Below, in pieces: positions 24,580-31,930 of a stretch of DNA of 64,000 nt. The translations under genes were made by a program, and so were the position numbers. Source of the DNA: Xanthobacteraceae bacterium (lineage in GTDB: Bacteria; Pseudomonadota; Alphaproteobacteria; Rhizobiales; Xanthobacteraceae); contig JBEKSB010000001.1 of NCBI GenBank assembly GCA_049517455.1, positions 1,528 to 65,527 of the forward strand, in the 5' to 3' direction. Position 1 is the first letter of the stretch; each line of letters opens with the position of its first letter. The notes beneath the pieces were generated by a model. The model ran no database searches, was not told where the DNA came from, and saw nothing but the letters and a program-made list of their open reading frames with translations.

Positions 24580-24598
24580 ATGGTTAGCGTCGGGTTAA
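24580..24598 (-). promoter_or_regulatory. CtrA box upstream of fliF
   Basis: The minus strand reads TTAA-CCCGACG-CTAACCAT, one mismatch to TTAA-N7-TTAAC. About 60-80 nt upstream of the fliF GTG. Confidence 0.5.
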
Positions 24599-24798
24599 TA
24601 GGGATAGGCTGTGCGTACAAAATCGCTGTCGGCCGGCGCTAAGTCACCCGCAATCGGCAAAAGTCTCCGCTCGAGCTCTAAATTCCTGCTATCGCGGGAA
24701 TGAGCGAAGGGCGTCCAAATTTGACGTCGTTGCGGAAAACGAAAACGCCGGCCTTCGCAGCTGGCGTTGACAGATTGGTAGGAGGGATTAAGCGGGTG

Positions 24799-25074
24799 TT
24801 ACTGGCGATACTGCTGAATGCGCGTGGTGCGCAGGCCCGCTAGACCGTGCTGGTCGATCGAATACTGCCAGGAGAGGAATTCCTCGACCGTGAGCGTGTA
24901 GCGGCTGCACGCTTCTTCAAGCGAAAGCAGCCCGCCGCGAACGGCGGCGACGACTTCCGCCTTGCGGCGAATCACCCAACGCTTCGTTCCCGGCGCCGGC
25001 AAATCAGCGATCGTCAGGGGCGAACCGTCCGGCCCGATGACGTACTTGACCCTCGGACGATGAGGCTCGGTCAT
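24799..25074 (-). CDS. sciP: SciP-type small CtrA-inhibitory transcription factor (DUF1153)
   Basis: 91 aa from the internal ATG. KYVIGPDGSPLTIADLP..KRWVIRRKAEVVAAVRGGLLSLEEA..YTLTVEEFLSWQ matches my memory of Caulobacter SciP. Same position between the hook genes and fliF. Confidence 0.75.
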   Translation of the reverse strand: MTEPHRPRVKYVIGPDGSPLTIADLPAPGTKRWVIRRKAEVVAAVRGGLLSLEEACSRYTLTVEEFLSWQYSIDQHGLAGLRTTRIQQYRQ

Positions 25075-25128
25075 AGCAACAACTCTCACAGACTCGACAC
25101 AACAGGCTTGGACCATACGCATCGCGGC

Positions 25129-25143
25129 TTAAAATTTGGCTAA
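25129..25143 (-). promoter_or_regulatory. CtrA-like box upstream of sciP
   Basis: TTAA-AATTTGG-CTAA on the plus strand. About 55-70 nt upstream of the sciP ATG. Confidence 0.35.
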
Positions 25144-25243
25144 GCACAAAGATCGATTGGTGGATTTTGCCCGCGGGAGCCGTGAGAGGCCTCCGAACAT
25201 CCAATGCCGGCGCACGATCCGAGTGGCGACGGTAAGCTGATAA

Positions 25244-25993
25244 TCAGTGGCTGATCGATGTGATCTGGCTGATTTGGATGGTCTGTCCGCCCACAGTGAG
25301 GGTTGGCGGGTTCTGGGCGAGGCTGACGCCGCTGACGACGCCTTGGACCTGCGTCGAGACGCTGACCGCTTGACCGTTGGCGCCCGTTGCATTGATCGAG
25401 ATTTTGTAGGTTCCGTCGGGCCATGTTTGGCCGTTGCTGCCCTGACCGTTCCAGGTGAAGCTTTGCGTTCCGGCATTGAGCGCCAGCGTTCCGGTATAGG
25501 CCGTCGTGCCGGCGGAGCTGGTGATCGTGACATTGGCGGTCGCAGGCGTGGTCGTGGAGAGGCTCCACGTGGCCGGGCTGTTGGTCGCGTTGGACAGCGT
25601 CGCAGTGTTGCCGCTGACCGTGACGGTCGAGCCGACGAGCTGCAGCGCCGATGTCGCCTGCGAGGTCTGCTGCATGGAGATCAGCGTTTGCATGTTGGTG
25701 TTCATGTCGACCTGCTGCTCGACCGAGGCGAACTCAACGAGCTGCTGAGTGAACTGATTGGTATCGAGAGGGTCGAGTGGATTCTGGTTCTGCAACTGGG
25801 TGGTCAGAAGCTGCAGAAAGGTATCGAAATTGCCGGCGAGCTGCTGTGATGCGGCGGTGCCGGCGGCCTGGGCGGTAGACGCGCCGGAAGAGCTGGTCCC
25901 CGAGGAACCGGTCGCTGTAGTGCTGCCGAGCAGCGACTGCGCTGTCGAAGCCGTATTGCTTGCCTGAGAGAGCGCCGTTGAGAGTGTGCTCAT
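25244..25993 (-). CDS. flgD: Flagellar hook capping/assembly protein FlgD
   Basis: 249 aa. Signature FLQLLTTQLQNQNPLDPLD..FTQQLVEFASVEQ. Confidence 0.85.
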   Translation of the reverse strand: MSTLSTALSQASNTASTAQSLLGSTTATGSSGTSSSGASTAQAAGTAASQQLAGNFDTFLQLLTTQLQNQNPLDPLDTNQFTQQLVEFASVEQQVDMNTNMQTLISMQQTSQATSALQLVGSTVTVSGNTATLSNATNSPATWSLSTTTPATANVTITSSAGTTAYTGTLALNAGTQSFTWNGQGSNGQTWPDGTYKISINATGANGQAVSVSTQVQGVVSGVSLAQNPPTLTVGGQTIQISQITSISH

Positions 25994-26026
25994 TGTTCCT
26001 CTAATCCTTCGTCACGCGATTGCCGC

Positions 26027-27832
26027 TCAAACACGGATGTCGACTCCGCCGCCGATACCCGCCCGCGCGTAGATTTGCGTGGCGGCGACGGGTGTGAGAT
26101 CGGAGTCGGGAATGACAAGCTGCGCCGCGCCGTTTGTCTGTGGGCCGGAGCCGCTGTTTTGTCCGGTAAAGGACTGGTCGCGCAGCGTGAACTGGAGACC
26201 GTTGTCGGCGGTTTTCAAGCCCGCCTGCTCCAGCGCGCGCTCGAGTTGCGGCTGCTGACTTTGCAGCAAATCGAGCGTATCGGCGCGCTCGGCGGTCACG
26301 TGCGTTGTCACCTGGCCGTTGTGATCGACGGCGAGGCGCACGTCGATGCGACCGAGTTCGGGCGGATCGAGCCGGATGTCGAACTGATTGGAGCCGGCCT
26401 GCGCTCGCGATGCAATGGCGACCGCGAGCCCGGCGATTGGGACTGCGGCGGTGGAAGCCGCGCTTGATGGCGCCGATCCCGCGTCGTTCGATGCTGCGGC
26501 CGCGGCCAAGGCGGTGAAGCCGAAATTTGGCAGGCCGCTGATGTCGGCTTTTGTCCCGGCCGTGCCACTCTGAGCATTCGACGCGCCGGCGCTGGCGCCG
26601 GTCGAAGCGGCCGTGGAAAGGTCGGCTGCGCGTGTGCTGGCGCGATCGGCATTAGCTGGAACGGGTCCGTCGGTCTGGAGAGCGGCGTCGTCGGCCGTTT
26701 GCGTTTGCGCTTGCGCTTGCGCCGGGGAGGTGCCGCCGTTTGCAGCCTGCTTTTCGGCGTTGACGGCGGCTGAGTCCGGTGCGGCTTTGGCGATGCTATC
26801 GGGCGCCGGCTTGGTCGGCGCGCCATCGGTCGTATCCTGAGTTAAAGAAACGTCCTGGCCGGCGGCAATGGCGGTGGCTGACAGCGCGCGCCCTTTAGCC
26901 GGCTCGCCGGTTGCCGTCGGCGCGGTAGCGACAGACGTGTTGACGACGACCGCAGCCGCGACTGGCAGCGACGGATTGGCTGCCGCCTGCGCTTGGTCTG
27001 GCGTTCCTGTCGCGGCACTGGAATTCGCGGCGCTGTTGTCACCGCTGCCATCACCCTTGCCGTCACTTCCGGACGCTTTCGCCGGCAAAACTGGCGCTTG
27101 GGGCTGACCGGGATCGAGAGGGCTTGCAACCACGACGACAGCGGCGGCGCTGCTTATACTTGCTGCATTGGGGGCGGTATCGGCGCTGTTCTGGCTGGAG
27201 GCCCCGTTGGCAGTCGGGGTCGTGCCAGTCGTGGCCTTCTTGGTTGCGCCGGCGCCGTTCGCCGGCTGCGTGCTTGCGTCGCTGCCGCTTGAAGTGCTCG
27301 GGGCTGGATCGCTGTCGCTCGCGACTTGGCTCGCGACTTGCGGGTTCGCGTCGCGCCCGCGCGCCGAAGTCGCTGCCGTATTGCTTCCGCTCGCCTTTGC
27401 GCTGCCATTTCCGGTCGTGCTGCTTCCGCCCATCATTTCGGCACTTGTATTATTGCCGCCCGTCGAACTTGAGGTCGTTCTACCGCCGCCAGTGGCGGTC
27501 GGGCCCGTATTGCTTCCGTCTGCCGCGTTCGAGTTCTTCGGGGTGGCTGCCGTGGTAGAGCCCGAGCCACCCGAACCCGAACCAGCATTGGCGCCGGACG
27601 CTTGGTCCGAAGGCCCGGTCGGCGTTGTGGCCCCGGTTGTGGAGGCCGGTGTCTGGGCAGGGGTTTGCGGTTGATTTGGGGGCGGGGGCGTCGGGTCTGG
27701 CGCGCTCGTTGTTGTATCAAGCAACGCCGCAAACGGTTGGGAGCCCGTTTCTTGCGTCGGCGCGGGTGTCTGCTGCCACTGTGAATATGCGATGGAAGCG
27801 GCGGCACTGACGTCTGACGCTATACTTGACAC
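26027..27832 (-). CDS. fliK: Flagellar hook-length control protein FliK
   Basis: 601 aa. Long S/T/A/G/P low-complexity region, then C-terminal Flg_hook-type domain FDIRLDPPELGRIDVRLAVDHNGQVTTHVTAERADTLDLL. GTG start with AAGGG 8 nt upstream. Confidence 0.8.
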   Translation of the reverse strand: MSSIASDVSAAASIAYSQWQQTPAPTQETGSQPFAALLDTTTSAPDPTPPPPNQPQTPAQTPASTTGATTPTGPSDQASGANAGSGSGGSGSTTAATPKNSNAADGSNTGPTATGGGRTTSSSTGGNNTSAEMMGGSSTTGNGSAKASGSNTAATSARGRDANPQVASQVASDSDPAPSTSSGSDASTQPANGAGATKKATTGTTPTANGASSQNSADTAPNAASISSAAAVVVVASPLDPGQPQAPVLPAKASGSDGKGDGSGDNSAANSSAATGTPDQAQAAANPSLPVAAAVVVNTSVATAPTATGEPAKGRALSATAIAAGQDVSLTQDTTDGAPTKPAPDSIAKAAPDSAAVNAEKQAANGGTSPAQAQAQTQTADDAALQTDGPVPANADRASTRAADLSTAASTGASAGASNAQSGTAGTKADISGLPNFGFTALAAAAASNDAGSAPSSAASTAAVPIAGLAVAIASRAQAGSNQFDIRLDPPELGRIDVRLAVDHNGQVTTHVTAERADTLDLLQSQQPQLERALEQAGLKTADNGLQFTLRDQSFTGQNSGSGPQTNGAAQLVIPDSDLTPVAATQIYARAGIGGGVDIRV

Positions 27833-27870
27833 TGTGGGGACCCTTAAAACGCGAGGATGCTCGGTTTGCT

Positions 27871-27886
27871 TGCAACCGGCGGGCCA
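27871..27886 (-). promoter_or_regulatory. Sigma-54 (-24/-12) promoter for fliK-flgD
   Basis: The minus strand reads TGGCCC-GCCGG-TTGCA. The -12 GC lies about 39 nt upstream of the fliK GTG. Confidence 0.6.
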
Positions 27887-27913
27887 GTGCCGTGCGCCAA
27901 GTAAACCTCATTA

Positions 27914-27926
27914 ATTCAACGAGTTA
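27914..27926. promoter_or_regulatory. IHF-like site between enhancer and sigma-54 promoter
   Basis: ATTCAACGAGTTA against WATCAANNNNTTR, one mismatch. Part of the 7-bp inverted repeat ATTCAAC / GTTGAAT (27914-27934). Confidence 0.3.
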
Positions 27927-27969
27927 AGTTGAATCACCCAAAGCCATAGCGCGGCAGTCTCTGCGTCTA

Positions 27970-27988
27970 CCCGGCAACTTTTGCCGCC
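27970..27988. promoter_or_regulatory. FlbD-type (ftr-like) enhancer palindrome
   Basis: cccGGCAActtTTGCCgcc, about 95 bp upstream of the sigma-54 promoter. Confidence 0.4.
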
Positions 27989-28132
27989 TGATCGGAACTG
28001 AACGTCGCGATCGCGCCCCGCGACCGTGGCGAAGCGAGCGGCCCGCGCTTATAATAAGCACCCGGTCAAGGCGATTATGGCGTCGTAGCAGCCGCGCGTT
28101 TGGCCGCCGGCAATGGATCACGGCTGTATTGG

Positions 28133-29317
28133 ATGCTGAATAGTCTCGATATCGAGGGAAAACCGGACGACACGCGCGTTGTGGTCGCGATGTCGGGCGG
28201 GGTCGATTCGTCGGTTACGGCGGCGCTTCTCGCCGATGCCGGCTACGACGTGATCGGCATTACGCTGCAGCTTTACGACCACGGTGCGGCCACTCACCGG
28301 AAAGGTGCCTGCTGTGCCGGCCGCGATATTCACGATGCCCGCGCGGTTGCCGAACGCATCGGCATTCCCCATTACGTGCTCGACTACGAGAGCCGCTTCA
28401 AGGAGGCGGTGATCGATCGCTTCGCGGAAAGCTATGTGGCGGGCGAGACGCCGGTGCCGTGTCTCGAATGCAACCAGTCGATCAAGTTTCGTGATCTTCT
28501 GCAAACATCACGTGACCTCGGCGCGCAGGTTCTCGCGACGGGGCACTATGTTGCCTCGCGGGCGCTGCCGGATGGCGGACGCGCACTTTATCGCGCACGC
28601 GAGACCGAGCGCGACCAGAGCTATTTCCTGTCCGCGACGACGCGCGCGCAACTCGATTTGCTGCGCTTCCCGCTCGGCGATCGGACCAAGGCGGAAACGC
28701 GCGATCTGGCGCGACGCTTCGGCCTCACCGTTGCCGATAAGCAGGACAGCCAGGACATCTGTTTCGTGCCGAGCGGACATTATGCCGATGTGATCGAGCG
28801 CCTGCGGCCGGGAGCCGCTACGCCGGGCGAGATCGTCGACCTCGATGGGCGCGCGCTCGGCCGTCACGATGGCATTATCCATTTCACCGTCGGCCAACGG
28901 CGCGGGCTCGGCATCGCCACCGGCGCGCCGCTTTACGTCGTTCGCCTCGACGCCCATTCGCGTCGCGTCGTGGTCGGCCCGCGCGAGGCTTTGCGCACCA
29001 GCCTCATCCGGCTGCGTGAGGTGAACTGGCTTGGCGCCGGCACGGTCGAAGAGGTGCTGGAAAGTCACCCGGAGGTTTACGTCAAGGTGCGCTCGACGCG
29101 GCCGCCGCAGCCCGCTTGGCTGCGCGGTGGCGCCGGCGGCGGCGTCGAGGTCGAACTGATTGCGAGCGAGGATGGTGTGTCGCCCGGCCAGGCTTGCGCC
29201 TTCTACGATGCGGCCGAGGGCCAGGCGCGCGTGTTGGGTGGCGGCATTATCGCCAGCACGATGTCTGCGGCCACGGCAAAGCGGGCGCATCCCGCCGATC
29301 TCGCCGCGGCGCACTGA
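28133..29317 (+). CDS. mnmA: tRNA-specific 2-thiouridylase MnmA
   Basis: PP-loop [10 protein letters not shown] plus catalytic Cys contexts. The first ATG in frame is at 28133; the TTG at 28100 is less likely. Confidence 0.9.
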   Translation: MLNSLDIEGKPDDTRVVVAMSGGVDSSVTAALLADAGYDVIGITLQLYDHGAATHRKGACCAGRDIHDARAVAERIGIPHYVLDYESRFKEAVIDRFAESYVAGETPVPCLECNQSIKFRDLLQTSRDLGAQVLATGHYVASRALPDGGRALYRARETERDQSYFLSATTRAQLDLLRFPLGDRTKAETRDLARRFGLTVADKQDSQDICFVPSGHYADVIERLRPGAATPGEIVDLDGRALGRHDGIIHFTVGQRRGLGIATGAPLYVVRLDAHSRRVVVGPREALRTSLIRLREVNWLGAGTVEEVLESHPEVYVKVRSTRPPQPAWLRGGAGGGVEVELIASEDGVSPGQACAFYDAAEGQARVLGGGIIASTMSAATAKRAHPADLAAAH

Positions 29318-29352
29318 TAGCGCGGGGAGCCCGGCCGCTCCGGCAAGACGCG

Positions 29353-30036
29353 ATGGCGACGGAACTCGACAAGGACGCGGTCGCCAAGGCCTATGCCCGC
29401 TGGGCGCCGATCTACGATCTCGTCTTCGGCGCGGTGTTCGAGCGCGGCCGGAAGGCGTCGATCGCCGCAGCAGAGCGTATCGGCGGACGCATCCTCGAGG
29501 TCGGGGTCGGCACCGGTCTGTCGTTGCCCGAGTATTCCTGGACGAACCGCCTCACCGGCGTCGACCTTTCCGCCCCCATGTTGCGCAAGGCGAAGGCGCG
29601 CGCGGCCGAGCACCGCCTGACCAATGTCGACGGGCTTGCCGTGATGGATGCGCAGCATCTCGGCTTTCAGGACGGCGTGTTCGACGTCGTCGTCGCGCAA
29701 TACGTCATCACCGCGGTCCCGGATCCGGAGGCGACCCTGGATGAGTTTGCACGCGTGCTGAAACCCGGCGGCGAGATCGTTTTGGTGAACCATCTCGGTG
29801 CCGAAGACGGCTTGCGCGCGTCCTTCGAGCAATGGTTCGCGCCGATCGCGCGCGGGCTCGGCTGGCAGCCGGAATTTCGCTGGGAGCGCTTGGCGCAATG
29901 GGCCGCGCGGCACGGCGGCGTGCGAGTCGTTGAGCGGCGCCCGATGCCGCCGCTCGGGCATTTCTCGCTCATCCGCTTCGCCCGGCTGGGTCGCCTCGTG
30001 AGCGAGCCTTTTGTCCCGGCGGTGGGCTCGGCCTAG
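29353..30036 (+). CDS. Class I SAM-dependent methyltransferase, phospholipid N-methyltransferase (Pmt, Rhodobacter type)-like
   Basis: 227 aa from the internal ATG. AYARWAPIYDLVFG and the SAM motif ILEVGVGTGLSL. Confidence 0.7.
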   Translation: MATELDKDAVAKAYARWAPIYDLVFGAVFERGRKASIAAAERIGGRILEVGVGTGLSLPEYSWTNRLTGVDLSAPMLRKAKARAAEHRLTNVDGLAVMDAQHLGFQDGVFDVVVAQYVITAVPDPEATLDEFARVLKPGGEIVLVNHLGAEDGLRASFEQWFAPIARGLGWQPEFRWERLAQWAARHGGVRVVERRPMPPLGHFSLIRFARLGRLVSEPFVPAVGSA

Positions 30037-30107
30037 TAACGTCGGAATGGTGGGCCAAAAGCGCAGCCGACCCCGTTGGCGGTTTTGTGGGGCCGGGATT
30101 TTGCCTC

Positions 30108-30136
30108 TTGGAAAGCATCGTGAACTACCCTAAATC
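30108..30136 (+). promoter_or_regulatory. Candidate sigma-70 promoter for the tRNA
   Basis: TTGGAA-17 nt-TAAATC, about 30 nt upstream of the tRNA 5' end. Confidence 0.3.
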
Positions 30137-30167
30137 TCGCCCCAGCCAGCTCGAAATCTGACGGTTT

Positions 30168-30244
30168 GGCGGAGTAGCTCAGTTGGTTAGAGCAGCGGAA
30201 TCATAATCCGCGTGTCGGCGGTTCAAATCCGTCCTCCGCTACCA
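30168..30244 (+). tRNA. tRNA-Met (anticodon CAT), elongator type; a lysidine-modified tRNA-Ile2 cannot be excluded
   Basis: 77 nt. The cloverleaf folds by hand: acceptor GGCGGAG/CTCCGCT, D-arm GCTC/GAGC, anticodon stem GCGGA/TCCGC with loop ATCATAA, T-arm GGCGG-TTCAAAT-CCGTC, encoded CCA. It lacks the three G-C pairs of initiator tRNA. Confidence 0.9.
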
Positions 30245-30439
30245 ACTTCACATTTAAAATCAGATACTTCGATATTTCATTGCCGCCGCAAGCGCGGTGC
30301 ACAAAATTGCTCGTTCTAAGCGATTGAACCAACCGCAGCTTGCCTCCGACACAATTAGTGCAAGGCTTTAACAGGTGAAATGCCTGCCGCCGAGCGGTGG
30401 CTTCACACTGGTTGTTCGGGCGCGACGATGGAGTGTGCC

Positions 30440-30652
30440 ATGAAAAACGGTATCGCGATACATAGTCTGCCTCATGAATACTTTGTTCTCAAAATAGACG
30501 GACGAGTGGAATCACAGCATCAACGTTTTATTGATGCATTGAGAGCGGGCTTGCAACTCAAAGATCGGTTCCCACAGCGCGACATCAAAGTGCGCGCAAT
30601 GCAGGCACGTGCTTCAACTGCAGAGATAATGCAAGGAATTGCTTTGCACTGA
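30440..30652 (+). CDS. Orphan small hypothetical protein in a low-GC stub
   Basis: 70 aa (MKNGIAIHSLPHEYFVLKIDGR...). GGAG 6 nt upstream. Local GC is about 45-50 %. Confidence 0.3.
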   Translation: MKNGIAIHSLPHEYFVLKIDGRVESQHQRFIDALRAGLQLKDRFPQRDIKVRAMQARASTAEIMQGIALH

Positions 30653-30704
30653 CCTGGCGTTGCCTGTCGGCGAGCGTATGTACCTTGCTGCTGCCGAAAC
30701 GGTG

Positions 30705-30733
30705 CCAAAAAAGGCAGTGATCGCTCTGCCACT
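30705..30733 (-). terminator. Candidate intrinsic terminator after the Ni/Co transporter gene
   Basis: The minus strand reads GGCAG-agcgatca-CTGCC followed by TTTTTT, about 20 nt after the stop codon. The stem is short. Confidence 0.35.
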
Positions 30734-30749
30734 CTTCTACAGTTTGCGA

Positions 30750-31826
30750 CTATGGGTTTATCGGCCGAACGGACTCGATCGCGCCCGAGACCTCTATCCT
30801 GTCGTAGCCCCTCGCTTTGTAAAGCAGGTAAGACGCGATCCAGCTGACAATAAAAAACGCGACGATCGAATAGCCGACCAAGCTAAAATTCTCGCTGAGC
30901 GCGGCGACGAACCGCCAGACCGGGCCTTGAAGTCCAAGCCTGTCACCGATCAGTTGCAGCGCCTCAATGCCGCCAACCGCCATGGCGGCGACGACGGAAG
31001 CGAACGTGATGGTCATGTTGTAGTAGAGCTTGCGGATCGGGTTGACGAATGCCCAGCCATAGGTCCCGACCATCACCGTCGAGTCCGTCGTGTCCATCAG
31101 CGACATTCCCGCGGTGAACAGCGCCGGAAACACCAGGATCGACCAGATCGAGAGCCCCTGAGCAGCTTGACCTGCAGAGACACCCAGCAGGCCGACTTCC
31201 GTCGCGGTATCGAAGCCTAGTCCGAACAGAAGGCCAAGAGGATAGGCGTGCCAACTGCGCTCGATCAGCGCAAAGGCCGGCCGCAACAGGCGGCCAAGGA
31301 TGCCACTCTTGCCGAGAATATGATCGACGGCCCCTTCGCCCAACCGGCCGCTATTCTTCACCGCGCTTAGGGCGCGATAGACCTGGATCAGGATGATGAC
31401 GTTGGCGGCCGCGATCACGAAGAGAAACAGCGCGGAGACAGAAGTGGCGATGACGGCACTGATGTCCTTGAAGGCGACGAAACGCCCTTGCAACGCTGTG
31501 GTGCTGAGCGCGATCGCCAGAACGAGCGCGACCACGATTGTGGAATGGCCGAGCGAGAAGAAAAATCCGACCGCAATGGGATGTCGGCCGTCCTGCATCA
31601 GCTTGCGGGTGATGTTGTCGATGGCCGCAATATGATCGGCGTCGAAGGCGTGCCGAAGCCCGAAACTGTAGGCAAGGAATGCGGTGCCGAGCAGCAGCGC
31701 GTTGCCGTGAAACGCGATCGAAGTCCATAGCCACGTGCCGACATTGGCGGTGAGGAGAATGGCATACATGCCGACGACCTTGCCGCGCGTGCGTTCCGGC
31801 GCGTCGTCAAAGATGTGCGGAAGCAT
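30750..31826 (-). CDS. Nickel/cobalt transporter, NiCoT (HoxN/HupN/NixA) family
   Basis: 358 aa from the internal ATG. Signatures HAFDADHIAAIDN and FFSLGHSTIVV. Confidence 0.85.
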   Translation of the reverse strand: MLPHIFDDAPERTRGKVVGMYAILLTANVGTWLWTSIAFHGNALLLGTAFLAYSFGLRHAFDADHIAAIDNITRKLMQDGRHPIAVGFFFSLGHSTIVVALVLAIALSTTALQGRFVAFKDISAVIATSVSALFLFVIAAANVIILIQVYRALSAVKNSGRLGEGAVDHILGKSGILGRLLRPAFALIERSWHAYPLGLLFGLGFDTATEVGLLGVSAGQAAQGLSIWSILVFPALFTAGMSLMDTTDSTVMVGTYGWAFVNPIRKLYYNMTITFASVVAAMAVGGIEALQLIGDRLGLQGPVWRFVAALSENFSLVGYSIVAFFIVSWIASYLLYKARGYDRIEVSGAIESVRPINP

Positions 31827-31930
31827 GGCTGCTCTCCCGAGCCACAACTTGGGTCTGCCAGACTGTGATATTCGGCGCCCGCAGGAGTGGCAAGAAGCGC
31901 GTGGTGGTGTCGCTGAAACTGGAACGCGCT

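Noticed and set aside
26027-27832. Dense short repeats and many overlapping ORFs on both strands, considered as a tandem-repeat array or CRISPR-like structure.
   Set aside because: The repetition is the low-complexity S/T/A/G/P linker of FliK. There are no regularly spaced repeats or spacers, and the C-terminus is a normal hook-length-control domain.
30245-30750. A full genomic island at the tRNA-Met gene.
   Set aside because: There is no integrase, no visible direct repeat of the tRNA 3' end and only ~500 nt of atypical DNA. It is reported only as a possible scar.
31852-31864. B12-box-like string (minus strand AGTCTGGCAGACC) in the leader of the Ni/Co transporter, suggesting a cobalamin riboswitch.
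   Set aside because: The gap to the upstream gene is only ~104 nt. I could not find the other conserved riboswitch cores, and the box has an extra base and a mismatch. It is worth a cmscan with RF00174 but cannot be supported by eye.
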